From contig CAYHWM010000001.1 in assembly GCA_964359925.1 (NCBI GenBank), positions 1 through 42,961 on the forward strand: a DNA stretch of 42,961 bases. Reading direction: 5' to 3'. Below are positions 7,101-14,538 of this stretch, in pieces (positions within the stretch are counted from its first letter, which is position 1; every line of letters begins with the position of its first letter). The position numbers were made by a program, and so were the translations under genes. The stretch is from an uncultured Methanosarcinales archaeon (GTDB taxonomy: Archaea; Nanobdellota; Nanobdellia; Woesearchaeales; ARS49). The notes beneath the pieces are model-generated. The model was not told where the DNA came from, did not search any database, and was given only the letters and a program-made list of their open reading frames with translations.

Positions 7101-8812
7101 GCTTTGATGTACTCTTTTACTATACTATTTGGAGACTTCATCAAGAGAGGGCTTACGCTTTTCTCTCCTGATCGTTGAAGGAGTGTTGGTTCAATAGTCC
7201 AGATGAAACGTGACAATTCTCGTGAATAAACAGAGTACTCTTTTGCTGGAGTTCCTTGCTTTTTCCTTTTGGACACCGTTCTTTGAAAGAGTGTTTGAAC
7301 GAGTTTTTCAAAATCTTGAAGGAGTGCCTCGTCGACATTGGTAAGTCCGAGATATCCTCCTGCTGGAGTAATTCGAACGTGTCCATCGCCCGTGAGATAT
7401 CCGAGGAGTCTTGCCATATTCCCATCGAGTACGGGGGGATGTCTGCACTCTCGCCTGTTGTGTGCTTTCGAGGGAACAATAGTAGGAAGGGTTTGTGTCG
7501 TTCCTTCTACAGTTAATTTTGATAGTGTTGAAATATAGTCTCCGGGAACAAATTTTTCCGCAGGTTTCGCAAAGATGAGTCCTTGTTCCGTCGTAAAAAG
7601 AGGATGCTCTTTCGTTAATAACAATTCATGACCGGTGGCAGTTCGTATTCTGAGAAGTGTTTTCGGTGAGGGTCTTTTCCACACTCTCAATGGTCGCGAC
7701 GCGAGATTCTTCCCTTCGAGTCCAAGAGAGTACACTTTGGGAAGTTGCGATTGTTGTTCGTATCTGGTTATAAATTCTTTGATTGGAAGTATTTCTCCCG
7801 TATGGAGCACTATGAGGGAATCTCCTGCAACACACTTGCCTGCTCCCGGATCCCCGATAAGCAGAATATGAATGTCTCCTCTCGTTGCAGGTCCGAAGTC
7901 TGCCGTTTTTCTTACTCCTCCGAGGAGTTGTAAGATGAGCGCTTCTTTGATCGTGTCGTGGCCGTAAATGTTGGGAGCGATGCTTTGTAAGAGTCGTTGT
8001 GCAATGTTTGGGTCTTTGACGAGTTCTTTGATTTCTTTTTCTTCTTCTTCACTGATTTGGATATCTGTGAAATCCTCGTCGACTGGCATGACGTGATTTG
8101 CTTCGAAGAGGAGGTCGAATCTTGTGCTTTGAACTCCTGTTTTGAGAATGATGGGAACTTCTTTGAGAGTTCCTGTGACTCGAATAGTCGCTCCGGGATT
8201 CGTTCTTTTCTCAGTGATGGGACTGACGAGCTCGTTCTGAAGGAAAATATTAATTCTTTTTGGTTGCGCTCCTCCTTCTAACTGTTCTGGTATTTCTTCG
8301 AGTACTATTCCTTGAGCGTCGACGAGTTGTTTGCTTAAGAGGTGGAATCTTCCTTTGCGGCCACACGTGCATCGTGATGGTTCTTTGAACTTCGTGTCTA
8401 CTTGGATGACGCTGATAGTGTTGCCACAGCTTGGACACTCGAAACTGGCGCTTGTTACTTGAGGACGAACATCTGATTTTTGACGAACAACGCCTTCAAG
8501 CTGGAAGAATTTATTCAGGTGCTTGCTACGTATGTTTCTGACGAGTACGGAAGCTGTTGGTGGAAGGTTTTTTACTCTGACGACGAAATCTTTTGCTTGC
8601 TCATCATACTGTGCGAGCGCGAGTTGTGCTGCTTTGAGAGAATTTTCTGGCTGGTCGAGTAGTGCATCTACCAGTTCCAGGTTGAATTTTGCGAGCTCTC
8701 CAAAATCTATGACTATTTGCTTGTCCCCTGTTCTCACGTGCTCATGAATTTCGTTGTAGTATGTCTTCTCGAGAAATTCTGCGTAGAGTCTGACGTGCTC
8801 GGAAGCGTTCAT
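4142..8812 (-). CDS. mcm: MCM replicative helicase precursor carrying two inteins (mature extein about 669 aa)
   Basis: It has the N-terminal OB/zinc motif (CPSCGN...CTCG). The Walker A GDPGAGK|S is split by intein 1. The Walker B ALVLA..GVC|CIDELDKM is split by intein 2. Downstream are the sensor/arginine-finger region (ANPKHGRF, FDLIF) and a C-terminal wHTH. Confidence 0.95.
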   Translation of the reverse strand: MNASEHVRLYAEFLEKTYYNEIHEHVRTGDKQIVIDFGELAKFNLELVDALLDQPENSLKAAQLALAQYDEQAKDFVVRVKNLPPTASVLVRNIRSKHLNKFFQLEGVVRQKSDVRPQVTSASFECPSCGNTISVIQVDTKFKEPSRCTCGRKGRFHLLSKQLVDAQGIVLEEIPEQLEGGAQPKRINIFLQNELVSPITEKRTNPGATIRVTGTLKEVPIILKTGVQSTRFDLLFEANHVMPVDEDFTDIQISEEEEKEIKELVKDPNIAQRLLQSIAPNIYGHDTIKEALILQLLGGVRKTADFGPATRGDIHILLIGDPGAGKCVAGDSLIVLHTGEILPIKEFITRYEQQSQLPKVYSLGLEGKNLASRPLRVWKRPSPKTLLRIRTATGHELLLTKEHPLFTTEQGLIFAKPAEKFVPGDYISTLSKLTVEGTTQTLPTIVPSKAHNRRECRHPPVLDGNMARLLGYLTGDGHVRITPAGGYLGLTNVDEALLQDFEKLVQTLFQRTVSKRKKQGTPAKEYSVYSRELSRFIWTIEPTLLQRSGEKSVSPLLMKSPNSIVKEYIKALYDCEGHVVKTKREIEFSTKSKLLAEQLRILLLRYGIYSQLSSAQKCATNTKLKIKRTYYRLRITGENVARYAQEIGFTSPEKKATLEKVMSRGTSYNTNINVVPHMKTLLSTLRRKYALSQFSLPILRSTCQHYEKGDRNPSRNKLKKLSEFYNALAPQDPLVSILSQASSSDIFWDKIVSVQEEPSSEEHVYDLEIDQIHNFVANGIMIHNSQLLKRISKVAPKARFISGKGVSGAGLTASVVKDEFLGGWSLEAGALVLASRGVCCTTGDSSFLCEDGRKMTFDNLFANSRSAIVYPTFKIFALNTATKKIEPFSIKCAFRKKNDKKIYELITRTGRVLALTEENEVLTCKQSQQIWTPIEQLRVGEYVAVPKTLPVEGQDTYDERFAYIAGLLASDGSVQLNNRHGKAGFYNTDESLIKLFQKILDGLGHTHSTSLRPAGRVSFIDGKPVHSKKPLYYTYNSTKRFVNEVLSFGIPNGEKSMTQALDKRIVMYSSKTIASFLRGVFDGDGSIRENPYEVTITTGILENARLFQELFLRLGIISSVKRSTRSWHCDIRGVQSVQDFFHIVGTSHPEKKKRFNTISTKEEKDRLNILPNHQEFFESFLKHYRGKLGVSRFKYFWQYAKKKTAPSLYKLSLLNKSLDDFVLQQHFQSHVLWDKIVSLRERKDIEYVYDFTMKGTNNFIANNVIMHNCIDELDKMGKDDTAAMHEALEGQTITISKANVQATLRAETTVLAAANPKHGRFDNFAPVGSQIDLPPTLINRFDLIFPIKDLPEKEKDEKTSSFILSLHQKGSKSQGDIDTPLLRKYITYCRQRVRPVLTDAAIAEIQQYYLSMRASGSGGKVKSVPISARQLEALVRLSEAAAKLRLSEKVLKKDAQTAVRLVDYFLRQVALDEETGKIDIDKLSTGVSASQRSRIIQVKEIVAELEATFQKVIPLENIISSAEAKGITKSDAEEIIQKLKRTGDLFEPKRGFISRI
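5009..6295 (-). other. intein 2 (429 aa, with LAGLIDADG homing endonuclease) inserted in the MCM Walker B
   Basis: It begins CTTGDSSFLC after ...ASRGVC and ends FIANNVIMHN, followed by extein CIDELDKM. The LAGLIDADG blocks are YIAGLLASDGSV and FLRGVFDGDGSI. The N-terminal boundary is ambiguous by one Cys codon (6295 or 6298). Confidence 0.9.
6461..7834 (-). other. intein 1 (458 aa, with LAGLIDADG homing endonuclease) inserted in the MCM P-loop
   Basis: It begins with Cys (CVAGDSLIVL) directly after GDPGAGK and ends VANGIMIHN, followed by extein Ser. The LAGLIDADG blocks are LLGYLTGDGHV and YIKALYDCEGHV. Coordinates were computed from residue positions 327-784 and checked against the codons. 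Confidence 0.9.
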
Positions 8813-8895
8813 AGTGGTGAAGGAATAGTGTGGTGGTTAAAAAGCGTTCTGGTCAAAAACCCGGAAGCGTTACGGATAACACTCTAACAGCAGTA

Positions 8896-9471
8896 CTACG
8901 TGTTCTTCACGTTTTTCAAGTTCGTGACGAGTTGTTTGAGCGCGTGGTGCACTTGTTCTTCGCTCTTCGTTCCCGTACATACTATTTTTCCGTTCGAGAA
9001 GAGGAGGAATGTTGCTCGTAACTCTGGTAATTTGTACACGAGTCCCGGGAATTGTTCTGGTTCGTATTCTGTATTGTTGAGCTTCATCGCGAGAACGTTC
9101 AAGTTCAAGTCCATACCTATACTTCCGGAAGCGACGATGTTTTGAATCGTGACTTCTGGCTTAATCTTGATTTTGATGTTGATCTTTTCTAAACTCTTTA
9201 TAATTTTCTTGATGCTTTCGTGGACTTTTTCCAAGCTTCGAGCTCCTGTGCACACTATTTTTCCTGAGCTGAAGATGAGAGCACTCGTTTTAGGATCTTT
9301 AATTCTGATAACGAGTCCTGGAAATTGTTCTGGGTTATACTCTGTATTTGGTAGAGTCGCCGCCATTTTTTCGAGCGGGATATCGTGACCGAGTGATGAA
9401 GAAATAACGATGTTCACTATTTCTACTTGAATGCCTTCGCCTTTCCGTTGTCGTACAGATGGTATGCCCAT
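8896..9471 (-). CDS. tbp: TATA-box binding protein
   Basis: There are two direct repeats of the TBP fold: ...NIVISSSLGHDIPLEKMA...EYNPEQFPGLVIRIKDPKTSALIFSSGKIVCTGA and IQNIVASGSIGMDLNLNVLA...EYEPEQFPGLVYKL..ATFLLFSNGKIVCTGT. Confidence 0.95.
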   Translation of the reverse strand: MGIPSVRQRKGEGIQVEIVNIVISSSLGHDIPLEKMAATLPNTEYNPEQFPGLVIRIKDPKTSALIFSSGKIVCTGARSLEKVHESIKKIIKSLEKINIKIKIKPEVTIQNIVASGSIGMDLNLNVLAMKLNNTEYEPEQFPGLVYKLPELRATFLLFSNGKIVCTGTKSEEQVHHALKQLVTNLKNVKNT

Positions 9472-9655
9472 AGTATCCCCAAAAAAGACCCCGAAATTCG
9501 AAGCCTTGTTCTCGTGGAGTGGATGAACCCCCCTTTATATACTTTGTCATTTATAAATGGTTTATAAGCTCTTGATCTCTCGTACCTCTTGATTGCTACT
9601 ACATTCAATTAACGCTCACGAAGCTTTTTATAAAGGAACAGTGGAGAAACGGAGT

Positions 9656-10975
9656 ATGACGTACGATATCGTTTTAGGAAGGTCTCCTCAAGAGAAAGCG
9701 AAGATGGGATTGAGGGGAGCAGTGTTTCTTGGTAAGTTATACGTTCAGATGGGTACGACGACGAGTCTTTCAAACCCTGTGTATCTCGACGTGAATACGA
9801 GCCACGTCATGTTTATTTGTGGTAAAAGAGGTTCTGGTAAGTCGTACGCGATGTCTGCCATTGTTGAAGGAGTCATCGACCTCCCTCCAGACCTGAAAGA
9901 GAATATTGCTGTCGTTATGCTTGACACGATGGGAGTGTTCTGGACGATGAAATACCCCAACGGAAGAGATGAAGCAATGTTGAAAGAGTGGGGTTTGGAA
10001 CCGAGAGGGTTGGACGTGAAAGTGTACACTCCGAAGGGAGTGTTTGACATATCAAAAGAAAAAGGAGTCCCCGTCGATAAACCTTTCTCACTCAAACCTT
10101 CAGAACTCAACGGCGAAGATTGGAATATTGCTTTCGAGATTGAGAATAATTCTCCACTCGGAGTCTTCATAGAGATGGTTCTTCTTGAATTAAAAGAAAA
10201 AATGGCCGACTACGACATCATCGACATTCTGAAAGAGATTGATGAAGCGAAGGGCGAGGAGTACATTAAGATCGCCGCAAAGAACAGATTTATAGCGGTG
10301 CAACACTGGGGATTGTTCGACAAGGAAGGAACTCCCATTAGCGAATTAATAAAAGGCGGTCAAGCGACTATTTTAGATTTGAGTGAGTACGCTACGATGC
10401 CGAACGGTTGGCAGGTTCGTTTTCTCGTCGTCGGCCTCGTATCAAAGAAATTGTTCTTGCAACGTATGACTGCGAGGAAAACAGAAGAGTTAGAAGCGGT
10501 AAAAACGTCAGTGCACGTCATCGCTCCTGATGTGAAAGAAGCGAGGATGCCTATGGTATGGCTCGTTCTTGACGAAGCTCACGAGTTCCTTCCACGAGAA
10601 GGGAAGACTGCGTCGTCAGAAGCACTCATCACTATCTTGCGTGAAGGTCGTCAACCAGGGATTAGTTTAATCCTCGCTACGCAACAACCGGGTAAGATTC
10701 ATACTGACGTGATGACTCAGAGCGACATCTTCTTGAGCTTACGTCTCACCGCGAGAATGGATGTCGAAGCTCTTTCCTCACTCACTCAAAGCTATCTCAG
10801 AGACGGGGTCGCGACCGCTCTCGACCACCTCCCAAGAGTTTCCGGCTCGGCCATCGTTCTCGACGATAAGAACGAGCGACTCTACACGATGAAAATAAGA
10901 CCAAAAATATCGTGGCACGGCGGTTCCGCACCAACACTCTTCAAAACGGAGAAGAGCGTGTTTTCGTTCGAGTAG
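9656..10975 (+). CDS. HerA/FtsK-like P-loop ATPase (DUF87-type)
   Basis: It has Walker A CGKRGSGKSY, Walker B VWLVLDEAHEF and LILATQQP. The start is trimmed to the ATG at 9656 (MTYDIVLGR), which lies 22-33 nt downstream of TTTTTATAAAGG (9623-9634), giving leaderless geometry. Confidence 0.8.
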   Translation: MTYDIVLGRSPQEKAKMGLRGAVFLGKLYVQMGTTTSLSNPVYLDVNTSHVMFICGKRGSGKSYAMSAIVEGVIDLPPDLKENIAVVMLDTMGVFWTMKYPNGRDEAMLKEWGLEPRGLDVKVYTPKGVFDISKEKGVPVDKPFSLKPSELNGEDWNIAFEIENNSPLGVFIEMVLLELKEKMADYDIIDILKEIDEAKGEEYIKIAAKNRFIAVQHWGLFDKEGTPISELIKGGQATILDLSEYATMPNGWQVRFLVVGLVSKKLFLQRMTARKTEELEAVKTSVHVIAPDVKEARMPMVWLVLDEAHEFLPREGKTASSEALITILREGRQPGISLILATQQPGKIHTDVMTQSDIFLSLRLTARMDVEALSSLTQSYLRDGVATALDHLPRVSGSAIVLDDKNERLYTMKIRPKISWHGGSAPTLFKTEKSVFSFE

Positions 10976-11011
10976 AGGTGTAGGAAATAGGTGATAGAAG
11001 TCAAGCTGTGG
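10976..11011 (+). repeat. 7-nt periodic NNNRTAG/GTGG array starting at the stop codon of the ATPase gene
   Basis: After the TAG at 10973-10975, GTAG/ATAG/ATAG/.../GTGG cores end at 10983, 10990, 10997 and 11011, all in 7-nt phase. Confidence 0.5.
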
Positions 11012-11046
11012 AAGATTAAAAAAAAGGTCTGTAGAAAATAGTAATA

Positions 11047-11075
11047 CTCTCCACTAACTACAACCTACCTACTAC
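11047..11075 (-). repeat. 7-nt periodic array (CCAC/CTAC on plus, GTGG/GTAG in gene sense) abutting the stop of the small membrane gene
   Basis: Cores end at 11054, 11061, 11068 and 11075. The stop codon of the minus-strand ORF is at 11079-11081. Confidence 0.5.
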
Positions 11076-11078
11076 GAA

Positions 11079-11288
11079 CTATTCTCCTTTCTCCATTAAC
11101 ACGAGTACTGAGATAAAAATAATCACGCAAAGTAGTGCGAGTCCCGTCGCCCATCCTTTGCTGTATTGTGGAAGATAGAACGCGCTGAGGAGGAATCCCA
11201 TAATGCTGAGTGCGTACAGTGTTGAAGTAGTCATTCCTGTGGATGATGTTTTCGTTGACTGTTTCCCTTTTTTGTTTCTGGAAGCCAT
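11079..11288 (-). CDS. small two-TM membrane protein (69 aa)
   Basis: MASRNKKGKQSTK... is followed by two hydrophobic helices. ATTTATAAAC at 11311-11320 sits about 23-32 nt upstream of the ATG at 11288 (leaderless geometry). This favours this frame over the overlapping 78-aa ORF. Confidence 0.5.
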   Translation of the reverse strand: MASRNKKGKQSTKTSSTGMTTSTLYALSIMGFLLSAFYLPQYSKGWATGLALLCVIIFISVLVLMEKGE

Positions 11289-11399
11289 GCCCTCTACTCA
11301 TTTTCTTCGTTTATAAATCTGCCTTCCCGTAAGAGCGTTCTCGCCGGTTGAACACTACGAACTACTGTCTTACTCTTCGCAACTGATGAGTACTATTGT

Positions 11400-12716
11400 T
11401 TACTCTTCGACCGTTTCCGTTTTCGCAGGTTCCGCTTTGACAGGTACTGCGGTCAATTCTGCTACTCCGAGTGCGAGCACGCGAGGACTTCTTGCAGTGA
11501 TTGATACTGCAACTACGTGTGGTACTGATGATTGTTCTGCTACTCGTATCACGTTCGCGTCTGCTGGTCCGTCAATAACGATCGCGTGTACTCCTGAACC
11601 TATGGTTTTCACAGTGCTTGCTAACTCTGTCAGTGGCACTTTACCGAGAATGGTAAGCGAGCCATCAACAAGGTATGCTCCTTTCGTTCCTATGATGTCT
11701 TCCAAGAGTGCTCGATATTTTTTTCGTTCATCGTCGGTCACTGTTGGAGTTTTCACGGAGGAACTTATCATTGTTGACCGTGGAGCGTCTCTTGAGAAGT
11801 CTCGTGGCGCATCCCTTGAGGGGTATGGTTGTCGAGGAGCGGGTCCTGCATAGCTTGGTCGTTGCCTTATGGCACTGCTCGTGTCTCCTATTTCTGCGAG
11901 CGCTTGCTCGAGCGTCACTTTCGATCGTAGTGCCTTGTGAATTTCTTTCTTCGCAAGTTCTTCTACTTCTTTGCCATCAGGTGCTCGAGCTACGAAGTCT
12001 ATTTCTGCTACTGCTGCGAGTTCCTTGATAATCAAGTTTCCTCCTCTGTCTCCATCAACGAATGCGAACGCGTCTTTTTGTCGAGTTAAGTCGGCTACTG
12101 TTTTTGGAACGCTTGTTCCGTTCAGCGCGATGCAGTTCTTGAACCCGTTCTTCAAAAGGTTCAACACGTCTGCTCTTCCTTCAACAATGATAAGCTCGTC
12201 GCTTTCGTTGATTCCTGGACCTGCTGGTAGTCGCTCTGGTCCGTATTCTTGGATTTCCATAACTCTTACTGAGTGAGTTACTTCTTCCATTATTTCTTGA
12301 CTGTCAGGCATGACTTGTTCAAGTAAGTTTTTCAACAATGCTTTTGCTCTATCAATAACGAATGCTCTTTTCGTGATTCGTACGTCTTCTATTTTTACTA
12401 CGTGAACGACTGCATTGCAAGGACCTATTCGTTGGATGATTTCGAGAGCTGCTCCTATGATTGCGGTTTCTGCTTTATCAAGAGATGAAGGAACGATAAT
12501 GACTCCTTTGGATTTTCCTCCTCTTGTTTCAGTGTTAACTTCTATTCTTCCTATTCTTCCGCTTCGTTGTAACTCTCGTAGTTCTAATTCTTCTCCGAGT
12601 AATCCTTCTGTTTGTCCGAAGATTGCTCCGATGACGTCTGGCTTGTCGACGACTCCGTCGACTTCGATGCTTGCGTGAATGATGTATTTGTATGCTACTG
12701 GACTTATTTTTCCCAT
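11400..12716 (-). CDS. dnaG: archaeal DnaG primase-like TOPRIM protein
   Basis: MGKISPVAYKYIIHASIEVDGVVDKPDVIGAIFGQTEGLLG is the conserved archaeal DnaG N-terminus. The TOPRIM motifs are LIIVEGRADVLNL and FVDGDRGG. The start is trimmed from the track's TTG at 12767 to the ATG at 12716. Confidence 0.9.
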   Translation of the reverse strand: MGKISPVAYKYIIHASIEVDGVVDKPDVIGAIFGQTEGLLGEELELRELQRSGRIGRIEVNTETRGGKSKGVIIVPSSLDKAETAIIGAALEIIQRIGPCNAVVHVVKIEDVRITKRAFVIDRAKALLKNLLEQVMPDSQEIMEEVTHSVRVMEIQEYGPERLPAGPGINESDELIIVEGRADVLNLLKNGFKNCIALNGTSVPKTVADLTRQKDAFAFVDGDRGGNLIIKELAAVAEIDFVARAPDGKEVEELAKKEIHKALRSKVTLEQALAEIGDTSSAIRQRPSYAGPAPRQPYPSRDAPRDFSRDAPRSTMISSSVKTPTVTDDERKKYRALLEDIIGTKGAYLVDGSLTILGKVPLTELASTVKTIGSGVHAIVIDGPADANVIRVAEQSSVPHVVAVSITARSPRVLALGVAELTAVPVKAEPAKTETVEE

Positions 12717-13038
12717 TGTTTTCTCCACACACGGTACAAGAAAGAGCTCGTTACCTTCTGGCAACAATAGCTACACTGATTGATCAACCCTGTTATGGGT
12801 TGGTGAACCCTTGATCTTGAAGTGTGATTAACGTTTTATTTTATTCTTTTATTGTTTTTTATTTTTTTTGATGATGTACTATGTTTGACTAAAATCGCCC
12901 GCTCCACTAACTCCTGCGCTCAATGCTCGAGTGAAGAACTTGGTAGCTTGTTCTTCTTCTCGTAAGCTCCCGTAGGTACTTTCGTGGCGGGCAATGATTG
13001 GTATTGTATGGACATATTTAAAGGTTGTGTGCATCAGC

Positions 13039-13866
13039 TTACACTTGTGCAACGAGAACCTGTTCTGTCTTGTCTTTTGTTTCTCCTTGTTTCCATGCTG
13101 TTTCGAAGAGTTTGTTGAGTGATGCTCCGAAGTAGGGCGATGTGAGCCATACTGCGTAGTCATATTCTGGTGATGCTTCTTCTTCTGTGAGTGGCATCAG
13201 TATTGATTCTTTCTCGTCGATGACGCAGAATCTTCCTGGAACTTCATTCAATGAACGTACTTGGATTGCCGGATGCAATTCTTTGAGTGCCATGCTTGTT
13301 TTCTTGTTGATGGGCGCAGCTATTCTGATGCTCGCACCGTTTCTTTTTGCTTGGTGAAGTGCCAGTTTGAGTGCTTTTACTTTTCTTTCGAATCCTTGTT
13401 CAGTCGTCAAGATGGTAACGCTGTGTTTTGCGTTCTTGATCGCTGTTGAGAGCGCGCTGTGAATGTTGCTTCTTCCTTTGATCGCTCTCGTGATGTCGTT
13501 TGGTTCTACGCTCGTGATTCCGTTGTCGTAAAGTCCTGAGAGTTCTTGGAGGAGGTCGCTTGTTTTTAAGTTGTCAAATATTTTTGCTTGCTGTTCTGCA
13601 GTTTCGAACACGCTGCTTCGCACTCTGTCGAGTACTTCTAATGGTGGTACTGCAAGGTACTTTATTGGTTTTCCGAGTTTGAGTATGATGAATCCTTTTT
13701 TTTCTAAACTTTCTAAGACGTCGTATGTTCTGCTTCTGGGAACGTTTGATATGTCTGACAGTTCTCCTGCTGTTGCTGCTCCTCGTGAGAGGAGTGCCAT
13801 CCATAGTTTTGCTTCGTAGTTGTTGAGTCCGAAAATGCTGAGTTTTGTGATGAGTTCCTTCTTCAT
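13039..13866 (-). CDS. TrmB-family transcriptional regulator
   Basis: The N-terminal wHTH LSIFGLNNYEAKLWMALLSRGAATAGELSDISNVPRSRTYDVLESLEKKGFI is the TrmB signature. A C-terminal effector-like domain follows. Confidence 0.85.
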   Translation of the reverse strand: MKKELITKLSIFGLNNYEAKLWMALLSRGAATAGELSDISNVPRSRTYDVLESLEKKGFIILKLGKPIKYLAVPPLEVLDRVRSSVFETAEQQAKIFDNLKTSDLLQELSGLYDNGITSVEPNDITRAIKGRSNIHSALSTAIKNAKHSVTILTTEQGFERKVKALKLALHQAKRNGASIRIAAPINKKTSMALKELHPAIQVRSLNEVPGRFCVIDEKESILMPLTEEEASPEYDYAVWLTSPYFGASLNKLFETAWKQGETKDKTEQVLVAQV

Positions 13867-14102
13867 GATGTGAATCCTTCCACTAACAACACATGCTCAC
13901 AAGTGTTAGTACTGTAGAGAGAGAACAAATAGTATTTAAAGGTTTCTATTTTTTGTACTTCGGGAGTGATAACGAATGGAGGTGTTGTTTTGTTTATAAA
14001 CGTTTTCTCAAGGAGATCATAGTTATTTTCCACTCAAATCAAGAGAGACGTGGGGTAGTTTTCAGACAAGTTCTTTACTCTCGACAGACCCCTCCCCTCG
14101 CT

Positions 14103-14124
14103 GACCCCTTCATTTCATGTGGAG
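14103..14124 (-). promoter_or_regulatory. ORB-like origin recognition box (left, minus orientation)
   Basis: The minus strand reads CTCCACATGAAATGAAGGGGTC. The TCCAC-N8-AAGGGGTC layout resembles the archaeal ORB pattern of a TCCA core plus a G-string. Confidence 0.6.
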
Positions 14125-14393
14125 CTCATGGAAGGAGTTCGTAAGGGGTTGGTATAATGAGTCTCAGAATATCCTTTCAGACAACATCAGTTCGTACCAA
14201 GAGTTGTTCATGAATCATTCACGAGAAAAAAGTAATAAAGCAGTTTAAACTATGGTAGTTATACTATTATAATTTGTTCTCAAATTCGTTCTCAACAATA
14301 AAAAAGAAAATCTCAATATCTACGTTTCTACACATTCCAATTCTTCATCACACAACAACACGACACAATATCACTTACTACAACATACTACTT

Positions 14394-14436
14394 ATCATAT
14401 ATTATTTTCTATATATAAATATATTATTAATATATC
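14394..14436. other. AT-rich duplex unwinding element candidate
   Basis: atcatatattattttctatatataaatatattattaatatat is about 40 nt with only two C residues. It lies between the inverted ORB-like boxes. Confidence 0.55.
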
Positions 14437-14456
14437 CTTTCTCTCCTCCTCCCAAC

Positions 14457-14478
14457 TTCCACAAGAACTCAAGGGGTC
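14457..14478 (+). promoter_or_regulatory. ORB-like origin recognition box (right, plus orientation)
   Basis: TTCCACAAGAACTCAAGGGGTC is the inverted partner of 14103-14124. It lies 60 nt upstream of the orc1/cdc6 ATG. Confidence 0.6.
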
Positions 14479-14538
14479 TCCCTATACCTATTCCTGAGAA
14501 CAATAATACATTTAAACCTCCATTTCCTTTGGAACTAT

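Larger units (their letters stand above)
14103..14478. other. candidate chromosomal replication origin (ORB pair plus DUE) upstream of orc1/cdc6
   Basis: The 670-nt non-coding gap lies next to orc1/cdc6. Two inverted 22-mers (18/22 identical) flank an AT-rich zone that includes a nearly pure A/T stretch. See the sub-features. Confidence 0.7.

Noticed and set aside
9593-9655. Upstream start (9593) for the HerA-like ATPase
   Set aside because: The extension covers the promoter TATA element at 9623-9634 and adds non-conserved-looking residues. The ATG at 9656 fits leaderless spacing.
11386-12678. Plus-strand ORFs antisense to dnaG (11386-11853, 11708-12028, 11971-12276, 12415-12678)
   Set aside because: They are Ser/Thr/Ala/Leu-rich, which is typical of the antisense frame of a real gene. 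The minus-strand DnaG reading has unmistakable family motifs.
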